DNA of 64,000 bases from Naegleria gruberi (taxonomy: Eukaryota): NCBI GenBank assembly GCA_000004985.1, contig GG738896.1. One strand, given 5' to 3'. How positions within the stretch are numbered: the stretch's first letter is position 1; every line of letters begins with the position of its first letter. A program made the position numbers and the translations under genes. The notes beneath the pieces were generated by a model. The model had not been told where the DNA came from and did not search any database. It saw only the letters and a program-made list of their open reading frames with translations. This document shows positions 31,983-43,400 of the stretch, piece after piece.

Positions 31983-33090
31983 TCAATTAATTGGAAAAGA
32001 AGAACTGAACTTACCTGCAACTGTGAAAAGTATGGCAGTAAGGAATGCATACAAATAGTCATACCATTCTGGGGGAAGTAATGGTGCTTTGACAGTAGTA
32101 ATTCCATCAAGTGATAATCTTGGACAAATGAAACAATACTGGAAAGTTAAACAAGGTGCAATCAAACTATTAAATGATTTCTCAATATTAAATTTTAAAT
32201 ATTGAATACATACCTGAAAACATGGTGGAATTTCGTATAAAATTGAACAGGTTTGATTACAAATAGAATTCCCAAAATTAATGATCCAACACTCAATACT
32301 ACAAACAAATACCAATTGATATTTTCCATATTTTGTCCACCCATAGTAATTAATGAAACACTCCTCTCTGTTGGAGCATAACAAGGCATTAAACTGTACA
32401 ATAGGGAAGATCCACCTCCATTACAAGGTGGACACAATAATCCCAAATGAATAATATAAATCAATGATCCAATCATGATGGCACTCATTCCTTGCAAGAC
32501 TCCAAACAAGCAATCACTTGGATAATGCACACCTAGGTAAATTCTGGCACAACTCGAAGCTAAGGCACTCAACATGCAACATGGTAGACACCAACTCCAA
32601 AATGCAACATCAGACATTGATTCTCCATTTATAATACATCTCACAAAGTAACAAACCAAAAACGAATATACCACAGAGCAACTAGATTGAGTTATCTTCC
32701 ACAATTCGGTTCATTTAATACTTACGTAACTGCTCGACTTGGAAATGAACTTGTTTTGTCTTTGGCTATTTTCAATGCTCTTCCAGCAAGGTATGGTCTT
32801 TTTCTGAAAAGAAATCTCTTTGGTAATTGACTTAACATAGCGAGTGTGAATATTACCCACATGACATAGCATGCAAATTGATCAATTCCCAATAAATAGA
32901 GAATGAACGGAGCAAGGATACCAATCTCAATTGTGGTAAAGGCAGTAACAATCAAACTCATTAGGAAGAAAACCTTATTAGGTTTCATTTGGATTATAGA
33001 AATAATCTTATCATCAAATGTTTCCCAATACTTTTCAAATTTCGGATTAATTTTGTAAACAACTAAAAAGAAATCATGTGAAAACATCAA
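31983..33090 (-). CDS. PAP2-superfamily (lipid phosphate phosphatase-like) membrane protein in three exons, about 33090..32726, 32681..32214 and 32166..31983
   Basis: Motif 1 is KRFLFRKRP. Motif 3 is SCARIYLGVHYPSDCLFG. Multiple TM helices are predicted. Introns are about 44 and 47 nt (gtaagt / gtatgt donors). The joins were derived from the frames of track ORFs 32722-33090, 32195-32704 and 31983-32384. Confidence 0.6.
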
Positions 33091-33104
33091 AATATCAAAA
33101 ACAA

Positions 33105-33824
33105 TTAATCTTGAATAATGCTCAAATCCTTACATTTCTCGTAATCTCCCAATTTTTCATGAGCAATGGGTGATTGAACTTCGTTTGGAATATTTTCAAC
33201 AGTGACTAACCTAGAATTTTCTGTATGTATCGAATGATCAGATTCATCCTCTGGTGTTTTTACATGTTGTTGATGATGCTGATGCTGATTATTGTGTTCC
33301 GATGATGATTCATCATTTGATGAAGAATTTTCAACAATATTTTCCTCATCCACAACAAGCCTTGATGTTGTTCCTTCTTCTGCTGATGATAATGTGTTGT
33401 TATTATTATTCGAATAGGAGCTTACTTCCTTTGAGTAGAAATCAGTAATTACATTAAAAACACCATCCAATGATGACGAACTTCTATGATGTGATAAATC
33501 ACCACTCGAACTATGACTCAACATGATATCCCTACTATTTGCAAAATTATTATTAATATTACTACTACTATTATAATTATTATTATTAATTATTAAATTA
33601 TTATCCAAGGTTAATCCCCTCGTAATTGTTTTTCTCTTCTTTTGAGGAGATTTATGATGATTAATATTTTCTTCTTGATGATGAATAAATAATTTTTCGC
33701 TTGCTTCTTCCTGTTGCTCACGATGAATCGTTGGAGTATTGTTGCTATTAATGATACTGCTATTATTATTATTAGTTGCTACTTGTTTTTGAATATTCGT
33801 GGTTACACTTCTCCTCGTAGACAT
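33105..33824 (-). CDS. hypothetical Asn/Ser/His-rich low-complexity protein
   Basis: The 239-codon ORF has poly-N and NNNNYNSSSNINNN tracts and a His/Gln tract (EHNNQHQHHQQH). Confidence 0.4.
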   Translation of the reverse strand: MSTRRSVTTNIQKQVATNNNNSSIINSNNTPTIHREQQEEASEKLFIHHQEENINHHKSPQKKRKTITRGLTLDNNLIINNNNYNSSSNINNNFANSRDIMLSHSSSGDLSHHRSSSSLDGVFNVITDFYSKEVSSYSNNNNNTLSSAEEGTTSRLVVDEENIVENSSSNDESSSEHNNQHQHHQQHVKTPEDESDHSIHTENSRLVTVENIPNEVQSPIAHEKLGDYEKCKDLSIIQD

Positions 33825-34265
33825 GTTCCGAATATATGCTCAACTCCTTACAAACTCCTTCGTATAAATTTACAGCTTGTTGTTGAATCTAATCACTCTA
33901 TTACTACTAACTCAATAGATGTCCAATAGAGAACAGCAGTTAAAAAGAAAAATCTTTTTGAAATTTGTAACGGTTATTGCAAAGCGCGCTTTTTTTTAAT
34001 GTGGATGTCAAAACTATGGATGATTGGTTCAAAACAAATCCAAAACCTTTCAATCCAAATTCATTTCACTGATTCTCTCATCTCACCAACAATCTTTTCA
34101 ATTCCTTATTCCTTAATCAAAAACAAAGAACATGGAAATTACTGCCAAGGAACTTCTCGCAAAAATGCGAGTGAACATTTAACTCGTCTTTTTGGCTTTG
34201 GTAATCAGATTGTCATGTTGTTCGTCATCCTTTCATCACTTAAGAAAAAGAACAAGAAATAAGAT

Positions 34266-34385
34266 ATGGGCAATAAATCATCGTCATCAACTCAACCACA
34301 GCAACAAGCACCTTCGGGATCAGGAGGAAATGGCTCAACACCACCGCCACAACAACAATCCTCTCGACCACCTGCTAAGAAGTAA
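34266..34385 (+). CDS. small ORF (39 aa) beginning MGNKSSSS, a consensus N-myristoylation start; it may be a short gene, an upstream ORF or a 5' exon
   Basis: It reads atgggcaataaatcatcgtcatca...aagaagtaa and encodes MGNKSSSSTQPQQQAPSGSGGNGSTPPPQQQSSRPPAKK. It lies 150 nt upstream of the NMNAT-like gene on the same strand. Confidence 0.25.
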   Translation: MGNKSSSSTQPQQQAPSGSGGNGSTPPPQQQSSRPPAKK

Positions 34386-34536
34386 CAAAAGTATTACAAT
34401 GAAAAATTGATAGATATTAATAATCAATTCTAGAGATGAATTCAATTTCATCATCTTGCTAATAATAAATTCAAGTTCAATCACAACATTATCTTCTCAC
34501 GTTTTGAATCATCATCACTAATTAATTATTAAAAAA

Positions 34537-36081
34537 ATGATCAATTCGGAACAGACAATGATTGATGATAATAATTTACTATCAACCACTCCACAATTTA
34601 AAATTATTTGGTTGGATGAGAATTTCATGCACTTGCAAAGTTCCATTCACAAAATTAAATGTGTTCTTTTCAATGCCAGTGTTGACCAAAGAGATTTTAA
34701 TGAATCTTTCGATCTAATTGAGTTGGAGAAACATGTTAGAAATTTAATATCGAATAATAATCATGTGATGGTAATTACGAGTTATAGTAAAGGAAAGGGA
34801 TGCCAGGTTTTGGAATTGTTGCAAAGATTGAAGAGAAGTAATGAGGAGCAAGTAATTTATTCATGTGTCTATAGTGGAAGTGCTTTACGAAATGTAATGC
34901 TTCAGAATTTGTGCATTTTGCAATATGGAGCTGATTTTGTTTCGTCTTTGAATAATGCGAATGCCTTGTTGGAATTGGAAAGTTTCATTGCTCAAATCTA
35001 TCAGAAATCATACTATCCAAAATTAATGAAATATCTGAGCAGATTGGTATTCCAGAAAGATAATATGGAACATTTAATTTCGCCTACTAGCACTCTGGTA
35101 CGATCTCACATGGTTCTTGAGGAAGAAATTGAAAGAGAAACACTCAGAGAACAAGGAAAGGAATATGATTGTAAATGGGAACACGTCCCTCTCAGAAAGA
35201 TAGCTCACAATTTGCATTTGCAACAATCGGCCTGTCTTTCTCTCACTCACCGACCACTCGTTCAACAACCTCAATTCCTGGTCATGATTCAAACAGGAGC
35301 CATTAATCCACCTCACAAAATGCATCAACAGGGATTTGAAGTTGCTAAGGAATTTGTGGAAAATTATCAAACTCTAATGAAGGCAGTGGAGAGTAAACCA
35401 AAGCTGAATAGAGAACTCTTGCAAAAGATTCTGAGACCTATCAAGGTGGTTGGATGCTACATGTCGCCAAGTCATGATGGATATATCAAGAGTAAGGCCT
35501 CCAAATACAAGTATTCCAGTACTGTTCGATTGTATACTGCAACAGAGAGATTGACAATGTGTGCGTTACAAACACAAGATGATCCATTCACATGTGAATA
35601 TCCTTGGGAGTCTTGCCAACCTAAATTTATATCCTTCTCTCAAGTGGGAAATACCTGTTCCACAATACTGAGAAGTGCCGAATGTCCAATTTCAATGCTC
35701 ATGCCTAAAAATCCAAATACCAATCAATATCAAGATTCCTGCTCTTATTTGAGAGTTTGTTATACATGTGGAGCTGATTTGATTTTGAGAGCTGGCCTTA
35801 GAAGATTCGATTACTTTGAAGATATGTTATCACTTGTGGTTGGAAGACATGGAGTTAATGTTGAGGAGGTTATGAAGTCAATTAATGAAGCTCATAACAA
35901 CATGCCAGTTTTCTATGTAGAGATAGAGAATATGCAGGAAAATGCATTAAGCTCAACTGAAGTTAGAACTTGTTTGGAGAATATTGCCAAGAATGAAGAT
36001 GTTAAAAATTCTAGAATGAGATTGGAAAAAGTATTGGACCTTAGAGTTTTGGAATATATTATTAATGATTGCAAACTGTAA
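34537..36081 (+). CDS. NMNAT-like nucleotidyltransferase (nicotinamide/nicotinate mononucleotide adenylyltransferase fold) with an N-terminal extension of about 240 aa of unknown function
   Basis: [20 protein letters not shown] matches the NMNAT (H/T)xGH motif region [41 protein letters not shown] matches IVGGIISPVGDAYKKKGL. The upstream context is an A-rich Kozak sequence (aaaaaaATG). The 514-codon ORF is intact. Confidence 0.6.
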   Translation: [514 protein letters not shown]

Positions 36082-36173
36082 TAATTTATGACTCAATAAA
36101 AAAACTGATTGATATTGAATTTCTCTCTGAGTTTTTGATAAATAATGAAAAATTAATTAAATATTGATAAAAA

Positions 36174-37895
36174 ATGCAGAAATTCAAAAGCAGCTGCCTA
36201 TTCACAGCCAATCCATTTAATAAATATTCCTCATCATTGGGAGGCTTATTTTTACAGCAGCATCATCATCAAAAGAATATCTTCCGAATCACCTCCTCTA
36301 ACAATTTAAATAAGAATTATAGTCAGAATTTTAATCGGTTTGTTGGAGAGAACAAGCCTTTGGAAAAATCTCATCATGATGGTGCAGGAAAAGAATCATC
36401 AAATTTGGAGAAGAAATTAAATAATGGAAAGAATGTGCATATGAGAAGGGAAAATCATGCAATGTTTATGGAAAGGACAAGAGAATTGAATGAGAGGAGG
36501 GATGAAATTATACCACTGCTGGCAAGTCCATTGAAAACTGAGGAGACCATTGAGAGATTTATGAGTAATTCAAAGAGGAATTTTACATTTGTCAATGATC
36601 AGGCCAAGGTGAATGTGTTAAAGGCCAAACTCTTGGAAAAGAAGGATGAATTGATTGTTTTTGAGGGAACGTATCATAACATGTTGGAATTATATAATGG
36701 ATTGAAGAGGAAAATTTCAGAATACTTGAATGAGAGAATTTCCAATGATTCGAGGCCTAAATCATTGAAGGAAAAGTATTTGGAGAATCACATTTCTAAA
36801 CTCGAATTTACTGAAATAATGTCTAGATTTGGAGTATTGGGAAGAATGGTGAATGGCTCTTTGCAAGTTAATGTGAAGAAATTGCCAACTTTGGATTTGT
36901 TGGATAGACTTGGAAATTTCACAATAGAACAATCTAGGAAAATGAAACCAGAAGTGGTGAGGAGCGAAATATTCATACCAATTCATACATTGATATCTTC
37001 AATCAAGTCGATGGATCAATGGGAAAAGAAGGGAATTGAATTGGAAACTGTTGAAGATGAGAAAGTTACAATTTATCCACATTTTGGAGTTTACATGCCA
37101 ACAAGGAAGGAATTATTCACATCATTAATCAAACAATCAGTCAATGAGCTTATTAATTCTAAATTGACAAATAGTAAGAAACCTAAATTGGAAATTTTGG
37201 ATTTGGGCGCTGGATCTGGAGTGTTTTCAATCTATGTTTCCAAATTAATTTCAGAAAATGTTTCAGATTTGGAAATTAAATTTGTAGATATCAATCCATG
37301 GGCGTTGGAATGTTCAAAATTTAATTTTGAAAATAATTTTAAATCTTGCAATAACATTAGTGGAAAATATGTTCAAGTTGATTTGACAAGTGACAATAAT
37401 CTGAATGAATCGAAAGATAGTAATTCTATTAATTTAATATTGTGCAATCCACCTTGGATATCCATAGAGAAGAAAGATTATGAACACATTCAGAATGAAA
37501 GGATGAAATTCGGTTCATTTAAAAATACAATTGATTTATCAATATTTGACACGGATTATGAATTTCTGGACCAATTTTTACATCTCCTCCAGAAATCACA
37601 AAACAAACAAACATTTGGAATGCTGTTAGTGAGTAATGTTGGACATTTGGTAGGAGTGGAACAAATTTCAATATTGCAAGCTTTGGAAAAAAAGATAATA
37701 GGAACAAACATCAAGATTGAGAAGGTGGTTACTTTGAGGAGAGAACAGGGGTTGAATCAAGAATTGTCAGTGAAAAAGTATTTGGTCAATAATCCACTTT
37801 CCTCCAAGAGGAAGAAATCTCCTCATCAAAATTTAATTCAAGATACAAAGGCCAGTGAAGAAGTTTATTGTGTAAATCTCAGGAGAATTGATTAA
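36174..37895 (+). CDS. class I SAM-dependent methyltransferase, HemK/RsmC-like, with an NPPW motif
   Basis: Motif I is ILDLGAGSGVFS. Motif IV is LILCNPPW, about 80 aa downstream. The protein has a long N-terminal extension with a basic low-complexity start. Confidence 0.6.
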   Translation: MQKFKSSCLFTANPFNKYSSSLGGLFLQQHHHQKNIFRITSSNNLNKNYSQNFNRFVGENKPLEKSHHDGAGKESSNLEKKLNNGKNVHMRRENHAMFMERTRELNERRDEIIPLLASPLKTEETIERFMSNSKRNFTFVNDQAKVNVLKAKLLEKKDELIVFEGTYHNMLELYNGLKRKISEYLNERISNDSRPKSLKEKYLENHISKLEFTEIMSRFGVLGRMVNGSLQVNVKKLPTLDLLDRLGNFTIEQSRKMKPEVVRSEIFIPIHTLISSIKSMDQWEKKGIELETVEDEKVTIYPHFGVYMPTRKELFTSLIKQSVNELINSKLTNSKKPKLEILDLGAGSGVFSIYVSKLISENVSDLEIKFVDINPWALECSKFNFENNFKSCNNISGKYVQVDLTSDNNLNESKDSNSINLILCNPPWISIEKKDYEHIQNERMKFGSFKNTIDLSIFDTDYEFLDQFLHLLQKSQNKQTFGMLLVSNVGHLVGVEQISILQALEKKIIGTNIKIEKVVTLRREQGLNQELSVKKYLVNNPLSSKRKKSPHQNLIQDTKASEEVYCVNLRRID

Positions 37896-38241
37896 TTTTC
37901 AAAATTAATACCTTTTTCAATAAATGATTGAACCGAGTCTCAAGTGTGAGGAATTCAATGTAAATACTCTTGTTCATCAAATTATTGCAAATTTTTGAAC
38001 AAGCCTTTGAAAATCATTCTTCAATTCAAATTATCACCAAATCAGAAATATTAATTGGTTCTTTCACAAACTCTCCATTTTTGAGTGACTCATATTCATT
38101 TGGATAAGGATAGTTGATTTGTTTACATTTCACACAACAAACCTACTATTTGTGAACAGCATGAACGATTAAAATCGAATAAATAGTGGAAGCCTTCAAC
38201 AGAGTTTACTCCACCCACATACAAAAAAAACAAACAATAAC

Positions 38242-38532
38242 ATGATTCACCTAAATGAATCTAACAATCATCAATACATTCATTGTATTGAATTTCATTT
38301 GAATGAACTTTTTCAAGGCTTTGAAATTTTGAAGGCTGGTACGTGGATAACTTCACCACTCTCAACTTGGATTTTTTTGAATATTACAATACCACAAGAT
38401 CATTGCTTCATCATTTTCACTCAAGCATTTCATAATAAGGGTCCCTATTTATATACTCTCGAAAGAACAGCTCGAATTTGGATCTTTCCTCCAATTTTAA
38501 CAGGAATTCAGTGTGAACAGCATTATAGATAA
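38242..38532 (+). CDS. hypothetical small ORF (96 aa)
   Basis: Only the ORF itself supports this call. No motif was recognised. It sits in a 1.1-kb gap between genes. Confidence 0.2.
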   Translation: MIHLNESNNHQYIHCIEFHLNELFQGFEILKAGTWITSPLSTWIFLNITIPQDHCFIIFTQAFHNKGPYLYTLERTARIWIFPPILTGIQCEQHYR

Positions 38533-39000
38533 TAAGCTCTTTTCTTCAGAAACTCTCTCTTCACTCCATTCTCCTTTAATCTTATCTCCCATCTCGTGTT
38601 GTGACAAAAGGCGTGTATCTTTTCAATGTCTAAAAGCTCTTTAGGAACAAGAGCTGCAAATTTTACCAACAGTGCATCCAAGGAAACATAACATCGACAC
38701 TGATAAAATTTCTCCAATACTATAAAATTGTTTTTCTATCTTCTAACATCTTTACTTAAAGCTTTAAATTTCACAGAATGGTAGTGTGTTAGTGTTCAAA
38801 ATGGATAAAAATTCGATGAAATTTTGAAATATTTAGATTTTCCAAATATAAATAAGATATAATTTCTTCCTTTTTTGCACTTCTAATTATTTGGACTTTC
38901 CATTTTATTGTTCCTTAATCTCCAAATAAATGTGTAAGGGTCACATTAAAAACGTGATCAGCATAATTAATAACAAAACATGTAATCAAAATTTTTAAAT

Positions 39001-39971
39001 TTATTTGGAAGAAACAAGATTATACGAAATTCTAATAGTTTGACCTTGCTTTTTTGCCTTGCTCATTTGAAAATTTCCAATCTCTGAGAATTGATCTACA
39101 TGGGTGCCAGAACAAGCACACTCCACATTTCCATACTTTACAAAACGAACATCCTGACCTGGTGGTAAATAGGTAGGAATTTCATGTTCAAACTTTTCAG
39201 AGAGTTGATTATTTACAATAAGATTATTCTCCTCTATATTCGAATAGTATGGAATGAATGATTTTACAACTGTTGAATTTTCACTTTCATCTTGCAACAG
39301 TTCAGTAATTTTTTGATTGACTTGTTCCACAAATTTTGGAATAGATTCAGGAATTTGATTACAATGGAAATATTCACAATATGGAGAATCAACAAAGTGA
39401 TATCCTCTTCCAGGTTTCTATTTTTCTAAATTAGACTAATTTGAAAATCTTTCATACTCACCCATTTATATCCACACATGGCAATAGCCAAATCCAAAAC
39501 ATGTCCAGCACTGTGAATTTTTGTATAGATATTTCTCTTTTCCATATCAATACGACATTCAACAGATGCATTTCCATCATTCATTTGAATAATTTCACTT
39601 TCACTCAATTCAATCCCTTCAAACCATCCAAAATGATCCACCTGAATCAAATCTCCAGCCAACTTGACAAACTTTACACAAAACTTTACCATTTCTCTTC
39701 CACCCAACGAGTTAATCAGTAAAACTCCTTCATCACTTGGTTGTCCACCTCCCTGCGGATGAAAAATAGTCTTATCCAAATTAATCTTGTAAAAATCAAC
39801 TCTTTCCGATGCTAAAGATTTGTTCTGTTGAATAGAAAAATTATTTTGCAAGGATTTGATGATTTTTTCATGATCGGAGTTTTGCTCGGAAGTCAATTTG
39901 GTGATGGAAAGTAGGCGAGCATTGGAGAGGCATGAAAGTTTGTGGTCTTTGAGGAAGAGCTTGTCACACAT
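39001..39971 (-). CDS. AlaX-like / alanyl-tRNA synthetase editing-domain protein (AARSD1-type) in two exons, about 39971..39462 and 39417..39001, with a 44-nt intron
   Basis: The zinc-binding motifs HSAGHVLD and CACSGTHV (HxxxH ... CxxxH type) are present. The donor is tgg|gtgagt and the acceptor is aaaaatag. Track ORFs 39426-39971 and 39001-39330 join in phase. Confidence 0.7.
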
Positions 39972-40465
39972 TTTTTTTTTAATTATTTTTATTATTGTGT
40001 ATATTTAATAATTTTAAATAAATTTTGGCGGGAAGTTTACAATGAAAGTTCAATTTGGATAATTATATTAAGGATGAAATAGTTTAAAAAGAAAAACCAA
40101 AATATTGAATTGGAAGAATAGAAAGGAGCAATTGCAGTCGATTGAATGAGATACAACTTTAGCAATCTATTCAGCAAATCACTAATCACTTTATTCTTGA
40201 AGAAGGGTGACAGTTGTCAGGGAGATGGATTGTTGTGGTCAAATCAACCTGAGCCAACTGTCACTTTTTTCTTATTCTTTTGTCCTTTTTAGCTTTAGTC
40301 AATACGCCTATCTTAATATTTCACATAAGATATGTTTATGATATTGTTCATTAAATTCCCGTTGTGTATCATCCACAATGGTCTGCTTTAAGAAAAGTCA
40401 ATTCAAATGTTGACTGAGAGTAGAGTAAATATTCGAAATTTGAAACTAAATATTGATATACTAAT

Positions 40466-43400
40466 TTAATATCTAATTTCTATGGTACTCGCATCTGGTA
40501 TACTTCTCGCTGTTGATTTAGTTTCTGAAAATCTAGGACTTTGCATGGATGATTTGGTATCTGATCCCTTTGGACTCTGAAGAACCTTCTCAATGTTGGT
40601 TTCTGCTGTACTCTCATCAATACTTTCCAATTGCTTTTCTAGCTCAAATTCAAATTTCATCTCACCAACATCCTTAAAGCTTGTTCTTCTCAAGACCATC
40701 TTATTTCGAACATTATTCATAAATTCTTCAATGTTGATGTGTTGCTCAAAGTCGAGCTCCTCATTAGGCTCAGCATGAACTCCAAATCTCAAGAGCTTAT
40801 CTAGATTGTCCTTACACACTTGTTTGTACTCGAATATTTCCTTAACTCTTTTCAATGGGAGAGCTCCTTCTCTATCCTCCTTCTCACGAAGCCATTCCTC
40901 TACTTCAATATTATATTCCTCTACTTCCCTGATGAACTGTCTCTTGATAGTAGTGAGGAATCGTCCATCAAATCCTTCATTATCTTGTTGGAACAATCTC
41001 TCGTACTTGACCACAGCATCCCTTTGATCCTTGTGCATGTCAATCTTTATCTTTAAAATATCATCTGGAGCCTTTCCCTCAAAGAAGTATTCTAATTGCT
41101 TGTTGGCATTCTTCTTCTGTACAGTACCATCAGCAATACCAGACTCTGTTTCATCCAATTTGACAAACATCTTTCTCAATTGTTCAATCATGGAGAACAA
41201 TTCGAAAAAGACCAACTCGGAGACATCTCCCTTGATGATCTTTGTGAATAAATAACAGTCTGTGTCCCATGTGAAATGTTCAGCTCCAAAAACAATATTA
41301 TAAATCAATTCGGCCTTAATGCTTCCAATGTTACCCACTTTCATTGTTACAAAGCTTTCAAAAAAGTCGGATATAGTGTCCTTATATCTTTCTGGACCTT
41401 CTCTTTGTTTCATTCTGGCCTTCCACATATCATTAACAATACCCATGATATCCTTCTTTTTAAATCTCTTGTTTCTTATTCTTCCTCTGTGTCTTAGGTA
41501 CTTTGGAACAGAAGGTCCAGTACCGAGCCCCATAAAATAATTGTTGTAAACCTTTTCTCGGACAACATCGTCTGATTTGAGGAATTCGAGTGCCTTGGCA
41601 TTCTCCTGAAGTTCTTTTTGTTGCTTCTTGACAAGTATTTGTAATTTTGAAACTCTGTTAGCAAGTTGATTTACATTCTCAATGGTGTTAGAATCTAGTG
41701 GGAGTGATTCAATCCTCAAATCGTCACGGACCAAATCCCATTTTGGTCTAGGGGTTAAACTTCTCGATTGGTCCAGAATTCTCTCCTCCAAAACGGTGAT
41801 ATTCAGTTTGAGCTCGTTGAGTTTTTCATTCAACAGTTTGCTGATTCTCTGTTCTTGGGTAAGTTTAACTTTCGTATTTTTCAATTCTTCCTCTAGAAGG
41901 TCATTCCTCGAGAGGACTTCTTGATAATCCGCCTTTGGTACCATGTTATTTAACTTGTCCAATTCCTGCAGTGACTCGACATACAATTGCTCAATCTTGT
42001 TCTTTTCTTGAGCTACTCCTTGAAGCCCAGAGAGTTGCCTTTTAATTTCAGTCTCCTTAAGATCTCTGTATTGGATGGCATCGTTCAAAATCATACTTCT
42101 CTTAATGTCGTCATTTCTCCTCTTTTCGTACTTTCTAATGTCAACACCTAGTTTTTCAATGGTCTCCAATAAACCAGCTTCCTTTTCTCGCATTGCTAAA
42201 ACCTCCTTTTCTAAATTTGAATTTTGTTGTTTTACCATTTCAATTTCTTTTGAGGTATCTCTGTAAACTTTGTGCATTTTGAGAGATTCCTCCTCCCTTT
42301 TGGTGTGATGTTGATTGAATTTATCATTTGGCATTGTTAACTTTAGTTTCAACTCTTCCACTGCAGTGGAAAATTCTTCCAAAATATGGGTCAAAATAGG
42401 TCCATAAGTTCTCGAATGGTCAATGAATATTCTAAAGCATTCCTTATAGACATTACTCTTTGCTGCAATATATTCGACCTCATTCATTATCACATTCTCC
42501 TTCTTCATTTCTCGGGTGACTAAATGCAATTCCTTTGCAATAAAATTTTCCATGGCCTCTAACAGAGGTGGTTTGAATTTCTTATTCTCGTAAGAGACCA
42601 TTGAACCTAGATTGTATTTGAGACTTTTTAGCCCGTTGTCCTCCTTTGTGGTAGACATGAGCGAATGGACGTACGAGTCCTTTGCTGAAAACCCATTCCA
42701 TGTCTTGAGCATGGGAGAGAGTTTTTTAGAGGATGTTCCAAAACTGCTAGCATTCAATTCTTGCCTTTCAATCCCAAATTCTTCAAATTCAGCTTCTGGT
42801 ATTTCACCAAATAGTATTTTCGACAATTCCGAATCTTCTTTAACACTTTGATAATTTTCCTTAATAAGCCTCTCCTGGAATGCACTTCTCTGAGTCTTTG
42901 TCATGAAATTAGGAGAAGCTCTCTGAGAATTGTCAGCAGAATTTTGGTGTAGCGATTCATTTGGGCTAGAGCACATTTCCTCTCTTCCATAGATGTCCAT
43001 TGTTTTAGCTTGGTGAGGAATTGAATTAACTCCAGGTTTTGGCAACTTTTCACAAGAGTGCCAACTTGGTTTCATCTTCCCTGAAATCGCTCCTGTTCTT
43101 TTTATACCTAGACCTTTCTTATTTAGGACTGAGGTAACTGAATTTTCAAGTACCATCTGAGGCGATTTGACTCTTCTCTCATTAACAATCTGTATCGGTT
43201 TTGAATTATCAACTTCATGATGATCCAACTTGAACCCATTCTTCTTTTTAATGTTAGGTAACTTGGAGGCAGCACCTGTATCGTGATTGAGACTAAAATC
43301 GGAATGTGAATGATGCTTACTACCCTGATGAGTTGCACTCAGTGTAGTAAGGCCACTAGTAGCGACGGTTTTCTTTTTCATCCCAGTTGGTGTTGAACTT

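Noticed and set aside
33090-33105. Joining the Asn-rich gene (33105-33824) and the PAP2-like gene into one transcript via ctttttag at about 33075
   Set aside because: There is no canonical GT donor at the end of the upstream ORF. The two products are unrelated in character. They are kept as separate genes with an unusually short spacer of 15 nt, which is flagged as uncertain.
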